Positions 1 to 12,998 of a DNA stretch of 64,000 bases are shown here, in pieces. A program made the position numbers and the translations under genes. Source of the DNA: Mytilus edulis. Its lineage: Eukaryota. The stretch's first letter is position 1. Each line of letters starts with the position of its first letter. Below the pieces are notes generated by a model. It did not search any database, had not been told where the DNA came from, and was given only the letters and a program-made list of their open reading frames with translations. The stretch lies in the NCBI RefSeq assembly GCF_963676685.1, contig NC_092352.1, positions 6,820,001 to 6,884,000 on the forward strand, written 5' to 3'.

Positions 1-423
1 AATTTCCAACTACAACGTCGAAACTTACCACATGTAATTTTTAACTAAAGTTTAAGTTGTTCGTGTGTATCAATAAAACATATATAAATTAATCCGGACA
101 ATTGATCAACAAGCTTCAACGGTTTTCATCAATAAGGTTAAAGGTCAACGATCATAAAGTTTTAATCTTTAGAAACAAAACCGGACAAAACTGTACACTT
201 TCCGTAATTATGAAACAATATAGTTTGTAAAATGTATGTAATAACCATGAACTGTAAAACTAACAAACTATGATCTTATATATTAATTCACTGAATAAAT
301 TCCCTGGTTATCCAGTGACTAATTCACAGGGATACTCGGCCAACTGCTGTAGGTCGAGTAATTTGTTACAACAGCAAAGAAAAGTGCAATAAAGACATTA
401 TTTTATTAAAAAAAAAAAAAAAG
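1..423 (+). mobile_element. 3' end of a polyadenylated retroposed insertion (probable LINE 3' UTR) interrupting TRIM copy 1
   Basis: 9-bp hairpin TACTCGGCC..GGTCGAGTA (333-360), AATAAA (388-393), A-run ending ~422. Homology with copy 2 (11659 onward) starts abruptly at 424, where copy 2 has uninterrupted coiled-coil coding sequence upstream. Confidence 0.65.
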
Positions 424-1074
424 AAAGAAAAATCAAAAGCATCAGATTTTATTACTGAACTTGAAGAAAAAAAAGAACAACTGGATAAAATAAAAGACTA
501 TATCCCTACAGTAATGACACATAGTTCAAAACTGCTATCATTCCTAGGTGTACATCAGATTAAACAACAAGTACATCAATGTCAACAATATGTTGATGAT
601 CTGGAGGATGATGAGAGGACCAAAGAAGTTGACATCAAAATGAAGCAAAATAATGAAATAGAAGAGACCATTAACAAAATAGGATCGCTTGGATCCCTAG
701 GAGACGTGATAGTTGTTAAAACGCATATACCAATGAATAGAGAAACAGATGTGAAGAGGGAAGCACAAGTAGAAACACGAGAACGATCCAACATAAATAT
801 TATGTCCATGAAGATTGAAACAAAGAGAGAGATCAACATTGGGAAGTGGATTAGGAACATGCTATGTCTGAGGGATGGTAGAGTTATAGCTATTAAATAG
901 TTTGGTACAGTTAACTTATTTTCTTTTACTAGCAAAATTCAGAAACATTTTGTAATACCTGGTGAGGCCTACAGTGTTACACAGATCAATCAGTTTACCA
1001 TTGCCTTAACTTATCCTGGCGAGAAAGCCATTAAGATCTTTAATATGGAGAAAACAAAAGTTACTAAAGTTATC

Positions 1075-1251
1075 GATAAAATTAACGGTACCAATTTTCT
1101 TGCACCAGATGCGCATTTCGACAATACATGTCTCTTCAGTGATGCTCGTGGCCAAAATATTTGAAATCCAAAGCTTATATAAAAGATGAAGAGCTATAAT
1201 CAAAAAGGTCCAAAAAGTATAGCCAAATCCGTGAAAGGAATCAGAGCTTTG
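1075..1251 (-). mobile_element. 177-bp hammerhead-carrying insertion (probable Penelope-like/retrozyme fragment)
   Basis: Absent from the paralogue (GTTATC|AAATTAGAC at ~41920); flanked by TATC (1071-1074 and 1252-1255). Confidence 0.85.
1102..1145 (-). ncRNA. Minimal type I hammerhead ribozyme
   Basis: Minus strand GCAUCA-CUGAAGA-GACA(UGUAU)UGUC-GAAA-U(GCGC)A-UC^UGGUGC: helix I 6 bp, CUGANGA and GAAA core, helix II 4 bp, palindromic short helix III, AUC cleavage triplet. Confidence 0.88.
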
Positions 1252-2270
1252 TATCAAAGTAGACAGAGTATGCAGGGGTTTGTCATTCGCCAATAATTCT
1301 CTGGCTGTAGGTTTAGATAGAGATGACATCCGCATTATAGACCTGGAAGGTAATACACTGAAGTCAATACAAGTTTGGAGTCAGTCATACCTGTTTCATC
1401 TTGTTTACTGTAAACAGAGTAACCTATAGTGATAGTGATGGTAAGGTGGTATGCTCTGTTGATGATTCAGGAAAACAGATCTGGCAATATAAACAGGATT
1501 TAACAGGACCAAGAGGACTTTGTACAGATACTTATGGTAACATTATAGCAGCAGACGGTAAATCGAGGAGAATAATAGTAATATCAAAAGATGGACAGGG
1601 TAGTAAAGTTCTGATTAATCAAGAGAAAAACGGACAGGGTAGTAAAGTACTGATTAATGAAGAGGATGGACTAATGTTTCCTCAGTGTATTAGTAAACAT
1701 AATGAGTCATCAGGTTTTATTGGTGATTACTTAGACAAATACTTGGTAAAATTCAATTTATCATATGAATAAGAAAAACACTGAAGAATATTTTCTATCA
1801 AATGATAAAAGGTGTTAGATTCATCACAAGTAAAGAATTTTGGTGTGTGCCTGAATATATTGCGAGAGGAAATTTAGACCAGTGTCAAGTTAAAAATAAA
1901 GTGTAAAGTTCAAACAACTAATCAGAACATTTACGTATATAAAACTATAGATGGAATATGTCTACTATTATGTTTTTATTGGTAACATAATACTCTCTCT
2001 AATGATATTATTGTATTCATTTGTACTTCAGATTTCAACTTAATATTTTTTATACAGCATATAGTTATATATTATACAGCTTTAGCTATCTTCGATGGCT
2101 ACTTGTAGTAGAGCATACATTTAGACTCTCTTTTCCGAATTATATGTCATTCTCTCCTTTTCTTGTTCAAATTGCTGTTTATACTGTTTATTGCCACACA
2201 GGGTTTGTTATTGTGTGATTTGCGTTTTCTACAATTCGTCTAGTACACCAAAGAAAGTATATCTGCACAT

Positions 2271-3566
2271 AAAATGACCAGATGCTCCGCAGGGCGCAGT
2301 TTTATACGACCGCAGAGATCGAACCCTGAACAGTTGGTGCAAGTATGGACACAACATTTAACTTTGATACAGCTCTGAATTTGGATTGTGATTAAATAGT
2401 TGACACAACATAGGTTTCTGACACAGAATGAATGTGGTCTAAGAACTAAAACTTAAAAACTTAAAATGTTTAAATTGGACATTTACCTATTATGGTCCAA
2501 TATCCAAAATCTAAATACATGGTTAGATGCAGCATATCATAGAACCCTAAGAATTCAATTTTTGATGAAATCAAATAATGTTCAATTTTAGACCCTTTAG
2601 ACCTCAATGTGGACCAATTTGATAACCAGGCCCAAATATTAAAAATCTAAATACATGGTTAGATTCAGCATATTGAAGAACCCCAAGAATTCAATTTTTG
2701 TTAAAATCAAACGAAGTTTAATTTTGGACCCCGATTTGGACCAACTTGAAAACTGGGCCCATAATAAAAAATCTAAGTACATGTTTAGATTCAGCATATC
2801 AAAGAACCCCAAGAATTAAATTTTTGTTAAAATCAAACTAAGTTTAATTTTGGACCCTTTGGAACTTAATGTAGACCAATTTGAAAACAGGACCCAAAAA
2901 TTAAAAATCTAAATACACGGTTAGATTAAGCATATCAAAGAACCCCAATTGTTCAATTGTTTATGAAATCAAACGAAGATTAATTTTGGACCCTTTTGGC
3001 CCCTTATTCCTAAACTGTTGGGACCAAAACTCCCAAAATCAATCCAAACATTCCTTTTGTGGTCATAAACCTTGTGTTAAAATTTAATAGATTTCTATTT
3101 ACTTATACTAAAGTTATTGTGCAAAAACCAAATAAAATGCTTATTCGGGACCTTTTTTGGCCCCTAATTCCTACACTATTGGGACCAAAACTCCCAAAAT
3201 CAATCCAAACATTCCTTTTGTGGTCATAAACCTTGTGTTAAAATTTAATAGATTTCTATTTACTTATACTAAAGTTATTGTGCAAAAACCAAATAAAATG
3301 CTTATTTGGGCCCTTTTTGGCCCCTTATTCTTACAAAAGAGGGACGAAAGATACCAAAGCGACAGTCAAACTCATAAAATTAAACTGTTGGGACTTAAAC
3401 TCCCAAAATCAATCCCAACCTCCCTTATACGGTCATAAACCTTGTGTTTAAATTTCATAGATTTCTATTTACTTATACTAAAGTTAAACCAAATGTCTTT
3501 GGACGACGACGATGTCATACCAATATTCGACCCAAAAAATTTCAATTTTTGAGGTCATACAAAAAT
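2271..3566. mobile_element. Non-autonomous Helentron/HINE-like element with internal tandem arrays (~125-bp and ~160-bp units)
   Basis: TATACGACCGCA motif near one end; GAC microsatellite and CGACC..GGTC hairpin at the other; internal tandem units; A-rich flanks. Related ends at 53760-54030 and 56400-56540. Confidence 0.65.
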
Positions 3567-4169
3567 AAGATGTGACAAGATTGTCGAAGAGACGATGAAA
3601 CAAAATTCCACCCTCGACCAAATGATGTAGAAATTAGCAAATATAAGTCACTGTAAGCCTTTACCAATGATCAAAACCTGACGAAAATGTTACACAATTC
3701 TAAAGAAAAAAATAATTGCCTGATTCATCTACAAACAATGAATAAAAAACAAATATTATGCTTAATTTTCAACTATAGAAGCATGTAACCATCCACAACA
3801 CAAGCACATTAAAACACACAGCCGAATTAGCCAAAGCCAGTTCAACGCATAAAGTGATGTCACAAATGATTTCGCAAAAAATAAGATAGAATTAGGATGG
3901 AATTCAAGATTAGATTTGTAAGACTTATATAACATTTATTAATAACAATGAAAATTTCATTACTAATTATTATAAAGTAATTAGTATCAAATTGTGGTAG
4001 TAATTAGATAATTATTTGTATAATCTTGCAATGTCGGTGTTTCTTCGGGAACAATCTGTGAACCAAATATATCGTATAAATTTCGTTGATCCAAACTAAA
4101 ATTTAATAAATAAACTGTTTTTATCTTAACACACTAATACAACAGAAAAAAATAAGATTTACAACTACA

Positions 4170-6125
4170 TACGACATTCTTATTAAAGACTGGATATTTG
4201 AAATTTTTAAAGTTTCAGTGATTGACAAGTCGGGTGACGGAGTTCTCGGACTTAAACTAGAAAGTCGTTCTACAAATTTTAATTTCTTAGTGTTCTCATG
4301 CTATTTACCTTCAGAAAATTCTAATAGAGGACGTGACGCCCAGAGCTTTTTTGCATATTTGCTTACTCAAATGTATATGAACTGCGATAGTGATGGTATT
4401 TTCCTACTTGGTGATTTTAATTCGCGGATCGGATCCATGTCTGAAATGCTGTTTGAAGCCGACGAAATTACAAAAAGGAACCAAATAGATAATTGTGTAA
4501 ACCAGCATGGCCACGAACTTATAGAATTTCTAAATGAATCAAAAAGTGGTGTACTGAACGGTAGATTTGCCGACGGGGATATTTATAATTCTATATCGAA
4601 GAAAAGGTAAAGCGGTAGTTGACTTTATATGTGTCCCCACCAGGACATGTTTACAGATGTTATATACTTTCGAGTGTTAACGGTCCAATCAATTGTCGAT
4701 GACTTTAAATTACATGATCTTATAGGAAGCAAATCAAAATTACCTGATCATTCAGCTATTGTGTCGGAATTCAATATTACGCGTCACTGCCTCGCAACAC
4801 AGACAAAAGATACACGTAGATCTTGTTCTCGTTTTAAACTCAATCAGATCCCGTTAGATTTTATGACCAGTGATATTAAACACCGAATTGTGCTTAATTA
4901 TTTTTTCGGAAATGACAGACAAAATCCCGAAAGTTGAAATTAATGGATCAAAGAAACGCTTGAGGCAGAAAAAACCGTATTGGAATGGCCAATTAATGGA
5001 CCTCTGGAACAAAATGACAATCAAGGAGAAAAGTTTACTCGATGGAAAGGTACACATCGTAAAATTAGAGAGGGATTACGGAACAACTATATACAAGCAC
5101 GAGATATGTTTGATAAAACATTGCGGTGAACTGAGCGAGCTTAAAGGAGAATGAAAGCTGTAGATATTGAATCGATGACTACGAAGAATCCTGATGACTT
5201 TGGGAGAAAATTCGAAACCTTGGTCCGAGAAATTCGAAAAGTATACCAGTTGAAATTGTCGATGAATTGGGAAATATTGTAAAAGATGAACTGTTGGTGT
5301 TTGATAAATGACGAATAGACTTTGAAAATTTATACAACATACATCAGAAGCAACAGTGACGAGTTTGATGATGAACATTACGACCGTGTAAAGTCTCATA
5401 AGTACCAATTAGAATCTAATATGCAGGACCAACTATTTGCTCCGAATGAATATTTGAACCGCAACATTACTCTAGATGAAGTTAACAGTATCGTTATGCA
5501 CGCCAAATCAAAGTCTGCAAGTGGTTTCGATGAAATCCGATACAGTGTTCTGAGATTCCCTGTAGTGATTGAGACATTATTACAGCTGTTTCAGCTCATT
5601 TTGGACACTAGTCTTATACTATCAATTTTGAGGAAAGCTGTCATTTGTCCTATACTAAAGGATACTTCATCAAATACACGGCTGCCTATGAACAACAGAG
5701 GTGTTAGTCTGCTATCATGTATAAGCAAACTGTATAGTGCTTTCATTAACAAGCGAATTACGCATTATTTAGAAAATCAGGATATACTCGCAGACGAACA
5801 GAACGGCTTCAGAAAAAATCAATCTTGTGAGGATCACATTTACACGCCGAACAGTATTGTCCGTAACAATAAGTCTCTCCTTTGTGCGTTTATTGGTCTT
5901 AGAAAATGTTTTGACTCCATAGACAGTGATATGATGCTGTATAAACTACTCATTCACAACATTGATGGCAAACTGTACAACTCTGTGAAAAGCATCTATC
6001 AGAATTCTGAATCTTGTGTCCGATTCAATGGCAAACTTACACGCTGGTTTGACTGTAAATTCGGAGTGAAACAGGGGGACAATTTATCCCCGACACTTTT
6101 CTCAATATTTATCAATGATCTAGTA
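4170..6125 (+). mobile_element. Decayed LINE ORF2 fragment (APE endonuclease + N-terminal RT), CR1/L2-like, copy 1
   Basis: Motifs CYLPS, GDFNSR, DHSAI (APE) and QNGFR, F.xL.KCFDSI, GVKQGDNLSP (RT). Truncated before YxDD; frameshifts; 74-bp deletion relative to copy 2. Confidence 0.9.
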
Positions 6126-7393
6126 AATTTAGACAAAGTAATTTTTTTACTTGTGATTTTAATGTCCTCTTGTTATCTGATAATTTTATCTTTTAATGAG
6201 ACTCAATTTCAATAGACAAATTTCGAGTTCGATGCATTTCCGTCAAAAACTTCTTGCGATTAAGGGGGTCATCACTTCAATTCCAATGTTGAGCGAGTCG
6301 TTGGAAAACTATGATTTTATATAGCATGAATTATTCTTCAAATTGAATTCTCATAATTGACAATCAGCGCTACTGTCATTAGGGAATTGTGATTAAGTAC
6401 CTACAGAACAAACATTATTTCTAGTTTATCCTGCACAATGACAATCACTAAGACGCAGCGGCATGATAAACGTTAAAAATGTAGTGAAACAGGCGATCCC
6501 CTCTATCTGGTAAATGAAGTCATAAAAGCACGCATAATTGACGAGTTTTTTTCTGGTGACGGACAAACTCAAAAGTGGTCTATTGTTAAAGTGGTAATCA
6601 TATGATTATTTTGCTCCTTAAAAAATGCTCTTCTGAGTCGGACCAAGGCTTCCAAAATTTCCTGACGACAGCCAGACATTTTACAAAGAAATATTTTTGA
6701 CGGTCAATGATTAGCTGAATACTTAAATGTAACTGAGAGGATGCATAAGATATATGTGCATATTATCCTCGGTATTGTGTCATTTTTCTGTGTATCGTTA
6801 TACAGGAACCATCATTGCATCAGTCAGCTTCAGTACCGGGCTTTTCTCATGTTTTTGTTTTTGTTTAAATAATCTATCTTCTCTCTGTGAGTACTCCACA
6901 CTTTGTTAATTAAGGACATCTTATTTGAAACTGTTGATGACAACTGACTTTAACTGTAGTACAACTTGATACACGTGATACTTTTCTTTTTGTGTATTGA
7001 TTACCTGACCACGTGACTTTTACAACTGATGCGGTATTTATAGATAACATTGAGGAGGCCTAATGAAGGATATTGTTTTAAACCATGTAAAATCTACTGA
7101 ACAGTGTTTACATTTTTCTTTGTACACGTTTGCCCATGACGGCAGATTTATAAAGTTCAATTTCAAACAAGTCTTTATAAGAGTCACTTTTTTAATATTA
7201 AAACAAGAATATTCATAGGACAGGTCAGCTTGGTATACCCAAGCGAAGCTATTCTTCGTGTTTTTACTATATATTTCAATTAAATTTCCCCTTTAAAGTA
7301 CCCCAGTATTTAACACGATGTACAGTGTTAAATAAATAATACATATCTGATATCATACTTATTCATTTATAAATATACTTATTTGAAGAATAA

Positions 7394-7596
7394 CTTACCC
7401 TTCCGGATCACCTGAGATCACCCCTAGTTTTTGGTGGGGTTCGTGTTGTTTATTCTTTAGTTTTCTATGTTGTGTCATGTGTACTATTGTTTTTCTGTTT
7501 TTCTGTTTGTCTTTTTTCATTTTTAGCCCTGGCGTTGTCAGTTTGTTTTAGATTTATGAGTTTGACTGTCCCTTTGGTATCTTTCGTCCCTCTTTT
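7394..7596 (+). mobile_element. Short copy of the 3' terminus of the Penelope-like element (also 18676-18890; diverged copies 10484-10682 and ~21780-21980)
   Basis: Aligns with 25194-25387 (CTTACCCTTCCGGA..GGTGGGGTTCGTGTTG..TATCTTTCGTCCCTCT). Confidence 0.85.
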
Positions 7597-10500
7597 AAAT
7601 ATTAGGAAACTTTGTTAAACTGAATGCTAATTTGAAATAATATATATAAAGTGTAATTAAATAAGATGCTCCGTACACGCTTACATATTTGACCTCGTTA
7701 CCTGATCACCTTTATGTACATTGTTATGCATCATTAGTTCTATTGATAAAGACAAGCTAAGAACACCTCATCAAAGGTAACAAACATGTAATCAGTGAAT
7801 GATTTATGGCTTCAATATAACTTATTGAGGAATAATTGTTTGACAGCTTGTTGTTATTTAAATAAAAGAAAACTTGTTTTTTCTACTTTTTATTGATGTA
7901 CACAAGCTAAGGATCAAGCCCTACATGTATGTACCCAGATGATTAGACTTCTTGAGACACTTCAAAGTATCTTAAATATGCTGCATCTGTTGTAATAAAC
8001 CCAATTATGACCAAAATATCTTTCTGAAATAGTATGCCAAAGCGGACATGTCCAAAACCCAAACGGACAATTTTAATGATCGATAGTTGGTCAAAATTGA
8101 AATGACCGTTTTATGAAATATGCCTTGAATAACAAAAAGTGGCAAACCAATTCTATTTGACCGTTTGAGGCTGAGAGCAGCCGGACTTTTTATGAAAGTT
8201 TCGGTCATGTCTGGAATATATGACCGTTTTGGAAGCCTTATTTTTGACTTAAAGTAGCAATTTAAGATTCTAGATTAACCTAAGTACATCATTGACTATA
8301 ATATTGGTTTGAATGACTGATCAATTTTGCAGTTTTTATTTTCTCTATCTCTCTATTTTTATTTACAAGATTATAGCAAAAGGTAACACATGTGTCAAAA
8401 TAGATTTTCATAGGCAATTCTCCTATTAAATAAGAAGTATAATAACAATGACAGCTATGATGACTTATTTTTTAGAGTTTGTCTGGCTGATCAACTTTGC
8501 TGTTTTAAGAGTACCTTTTAGGGTCCTATCTGCAATATGGGATGCGTGGTTGCATGGGTGTTTTATTATAACAAAACAAAAGGTATTTATAGTACTTGTA
8601 TTCATCCCCTATGTTCTATTTTTAGAAATGCTGTCTGTGTTATTTTGCTGGCAAGTTCAAAACACATATCTTTAAACTAGATATTTCAAGAATGGTTAAG
8701 GGAAAGTTTAGTTGCAATCAGCATCACCTTCAATATATTGTAGTTATTGTTAATAAGTTATTGTCCTAAACATGAATGAAATATTTGCCACTGTATCAAC
8801 AATCGATCAATCAGTTCCTGTGATGTGAAGTTCTGACTTTGGTTTGTTTCATTTTTCTTTTTGCATCTATGCTCAGTGCCTTAATATTTTAAAGTTTCTA
8901 AATATTTGTTTATTAGTTTAACAGCAACAAAGATTAATGTAAACCTACCCACGGCTGGTCAATTAGGCCCATGTGCTCCACTAACCGTAAGATAACCAAA
9001 AAAAAAACAGTTAAAGGTAACACACAAACACACAATTGTTTAACTTTAGTTAGTTTTCATACTGACCATACATTTGGTGTTCTGGTAATTTTTTTTTTAA
9101 TTTTTCCTATGAATTTTCAAATGTAGTTTTGCACTGTGAATTGTTCTTTCATTCGGAAAAAGTCTGAAGAAATGAAAACCTGACTAATAACTTTATTTCA
9201 ACATGATGTTTAAAACTTGATGTTGCCGCTTATTTGCAATTTTCTAAAAGAAACAATCTATATATAACCTTCTGTCTGAAAGTGTAAAACATAAGAATAT
9301 CTAAACAAGGTATAATGTTGCTATCACATGAAATCAGTCATATATAACAATTACCTTTTTCATTTCAGCTTTATTCAGTGCTGTACCAATCATTATAGAC
9401 TTTCTACATGATGTAGAGGCAAACATCTGACGAACTCTGGATGGACGACACATAACACCCTAACAGTATGTGTTGCAAAAATTCTATACAGTGCATCTTC
9501 AAATTATCATACATTAAATGGGTAGTAGTGATAAGTTATAGTAACTAAGTCTTGTTAATATGGAAAAACAAGTAGAATCGGTACTATAACATCAATTCAC
9601 ATTTATTTATTGATTGACTAAGCAATGTATGATTAAGAAACATGAATTCTTTTGAGGCAATTTAAATGATGAAACAATTCAGAAATAAATATTCTATCAC
9701 TACCTTAGTAAGATTAGTCTCAAGAGAAGAATGGACTTCTAAGGTTAAATTAGGGATAAATTTAAGTCATTAGATAATTAATATATAATGGCAGCATATA
9801 TAACAAAGCGTGTTACTGACATCTTAATAATCCCTAAGCTGTTTATTTGTGTAGCAATTATAAATGTTCGTCTTTCCTATAATATATAGAAACAATAATC
9901 TATCTTAAAATATTTTGCAATTTTGTAAACAAATGTAAACTAAACATTAAAAGTATGTTATCCAGGTCTTATCTGGTATCAACTGATACAAGACAGGCAA
10001 AAAGCAAAATCACAAAAATACTGAACTTAGAGGAAAATCAATTCGGAAAGTCCATAATCACATGGCAAAATAAAATAACAAAACGCATTAAAAACGAATG
10101 GACAAGAACTGTCATATTCCTGACTTGGTACAGGCATTTTCAAATGTAGAAAATACATTGCAGGCCTAAGATAATAAAACTCATCAGTGAAATCGAACTG
10201 ACAATTTCATGGCAAAAAATCAAAAATAACTATACCAGTATGCAAAACAGATGATAGAAAACTAAAGACTTTGAGTCTAGTTAAGTGGTACCATATTTTA
10301 GTTTTTTTGTCAACAACAGAATATATATTTGATCAAAGCCATCACAAAATACATCAGCCTCTAGCCACCATCACTGACAGTGGCTAGGACAATTCTCTGG
10401 GCAAGAGCAAATGCACTGCAGTCTGGATCTCATGAGAAGTGATGGAAAATGTTTCGTTGTAGTCAATAGGACATGAATACACGTAGAGCAGGATATTCTT

Positions 10501-11339
10501 ACCCTTCCAGAGAACTCGAGATCATCACAGTTTATTGTAGGGTTCGTGTTGCTTAGTGTTTAGTTTTCTATCTTGTGTTTTATGAACTGTTATTTGTCTG
10601 TTTGCCCTTATATTTTTTAGCCATGGCATTGTCAGTTTATATTCAATTGATGAGATTGAATGTCCCTCTGGTATCTTTGATCCCTGTGTTCCCTTTTTAA
10701 TTAACCAATTGTATCTAAATTGAACATATACTCACATGTGAATCTGTTAGCATAAAGATCAGTTCCTCTATATCTGTAAATGATTACACTTGAAAAAACA
10801 ATATCTGTTGCAAGCTCTCATGTGTTTTTGATAATAAAAAAATAATTGGAACAAGAAACTCCAAGATTGCATGCATTATTCGACTATTGTCATTGCCTCA
10901 AATTTATAACCAAATCACAAAGATTGTCTTTAAAATTAACCACAAGTTTCTGTTCAATTCAACAACATATGGTCTGTATTGGCTCTCAAGGTTAAATAAA
11001 TAGCTAGGGTCATGCTAATTCTAAACAGTTGAAATGAAATATGGTTAGTCTTGTATGATCTTTAATTTAAGTTTCTTGTGATTAATTTGGAGTTCAGTAT
11101 GATGTCCAGTATCACTGAACTAATATACATATTTGTTCAGGGGCTAGCTGAAGGACTTCTCTGTGTGCAAGAGTGTCTCACTGCATTGAAGACCAATTGG
11201 TGGCCTTCGACTGCTATCTGCTCTTTGGTCGGGTGGTTGTCTCTTTGACACATTCCCCATTTCCATTCTCAATTTTATTTTATTTTTAAATTTATTGATT
11301 GCATTAATGAATACTGCTAAACATTATGTCATTATTATG

Positions 11340-12998
11340 GTCATGCCCTGGTCATTTAATGCCTTGCTGTGATGAATGTATTCTTAATTGTCATTCCAAA
11401 TGTACTGGGATAAAAAGTTTAGCTAGTGTAGTAGAAGCAAACATAATGGAAAAATCAAAAGAACCTTTAGAAAAATATATAAACTCCATCTTAGACATCT
11501 TGAATAAAATTGAGACCAACAAAATAGGAAATATCAAAAGAGGAGAACAACAGTGTTACAGCATCAGAGGCAGGATTGCAGAATTTCGAAATAAAATAAA
11601 TGAACATTTAGACGAACTAGAGAATAAGTTATGCCAAGAAGCAGAAACCGTCCTGAATAAAGAAAAATCAAAAGCATCAGATTTAATTACTGAACTCGAA
11701 GAAAAAAAAAGAACAACTGGATACAATAAAGACTATATCCCCACAGTAATGACACATAGTTCAAAACTGCTATCATTCCTAGGTGTACATCAGATTGAAC
11801 AACAAGTACATCAATGTCAACAATATGTTGATGATCTGGAGGATGATGAGAAGACCAAAGAAGTTGACATCAAAATGAAGCAAAATACTGAAATAGAAGA
11901 GACCATCAACAAAATAGGATAGCTTGAATCCCTAGGAGACGTAATAGTTGTTAAAACGCATATATATATACCAATGAATAGAAAAACAGATGTGAAGAGG
12001 GAAGCACAAGTATAAACACGAGAACGATCCAACATAAATATTATGTCCATGAAGATTGAAACAAAGAGAGAGATCAACATTGGGAAGTGGATTAGGAACA
12101 TGCTATGTCTGAGGGATGGTAGAGTTATAGCTATTAAATAGTTTGGTACAGTTAACTTATTTTCTGTTACTAGCAAAATTCAGAAACATTTTGTAATACC
12201 TGGTGAGGCCTACAGTGTTACACAGATCAATCAGTTTACCATTGCCTTAACTTATCCTGGCGAGAAAGCCATTAAGATCTTTAATATGGAGAAAACAAAA
12301 GTTACTAAAGTTATCGATAAAATTAACGGTACCAATTTTCTTGCACCAGATGCGCATTTCGACAAAACATGTCTCTTCAGTGATGCTCGTGGCCAAAATA
12401 TTTGAAATCCAAAGCTTATATAAAAGATGAAGAGCTATAATCAAAGAGGTCCAAAAAGTATAGCCAAATCCGTGAAAGGAATCAGAGCTTTGTATCAAAG
12501 TAGACAGAGTATGCAGGGGTTTGTCATTCGCCAATAATTCTCTGGCTGTAGGTTTAGATAGAGATGACATCCGCATTATAGACCTGGAAGGTAATACACT
12601 GAAGTCAATACAAGTTTGGAGTCAGTCATACCTGTTTCATCTTGTTTACTGTAAACAGAGTAACCTATAGTGATAGTGATGGTAAGGTGGTATGCTCTGT
12701 TGATGATTCAGGAAAACAGATCTTTTTAACAGGACCAAGAGGACTTTGTTCAGATACTTATGGTAACAATATAGTAGCAGACGGTAGATCGAGGAGAATA
12801 ATAGTAATATCAAAAGATGGACAGGGTAGTAAAGTTCTGATTAATCAAGAGAAAAACGGACAGGGTAGTAAAGTACTGATTAATGAAGAGGATGGACTAA
12901 TGTTTCCTCAGTGTATTAGTAAACATAATGAGTCATCAGGTTTTATTGGTGATTACTTAGACAAATACTTGGTAAAATTCAATTTATCATATGAATAA
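11340..12998 (+). pseudogene. TRIM/NHL-like pseudogene, copy 2 (starts mid B-box 2 at the duplication junction)
   Basis: CPGHLMPCCDEC..HSKC half B-box, coiled coil and propeller. Shares copy 1's lesions and adds TAG at 11920, an AT-repeat expansion and a ~15-bp deletion near 12723. Confidence 0.9.
12343..12386 (-). ncRNA. Minimal type I hammerhead ribozyme (duplicate, inside insertion 12316-12492)
   Basis: Identical to 1102-1145 except one substitution in the helix II loop. Confidence 0.88.

Larger units (their letters stand above)
424..1772 (+). pseudogene. TRIM/NHL-like (coiled-coil + beta-propeller) pseudogene, copy 1
   Basis: ORF pieces match the 40063-42414 paralogue (FLGVHQI.QQVHQCQ, GPRGLCTDTYGNII, FNLSYE*). 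Premature TAG at 898-900 (CAG in the paralogue), 177-bp insertion at 1075, 39-bp internal duplication near 1590-1665. Confidence 0.9.

Noticed and set aside
582-935. Hydrophobic antisense ORFs (also 11817-12176, 40344-40703, 40770-41096, 34548-35036)
   Set aside because: Shadow frames opposite A-rich coding sequence.
3157-3438. Short ORFs inside satellites (also 14383-14882, 49496-49813, 51196-52101)
   Set aside because: Chance frames in tandem repeats, mostly with non-ATG starts.
10171-10200. CUGAUGA on the minus strand (also ~21475, 26183 and 60068) as additional hammerheads
   Set aside because: No helix II + GAAA + NUH arrangement follows.
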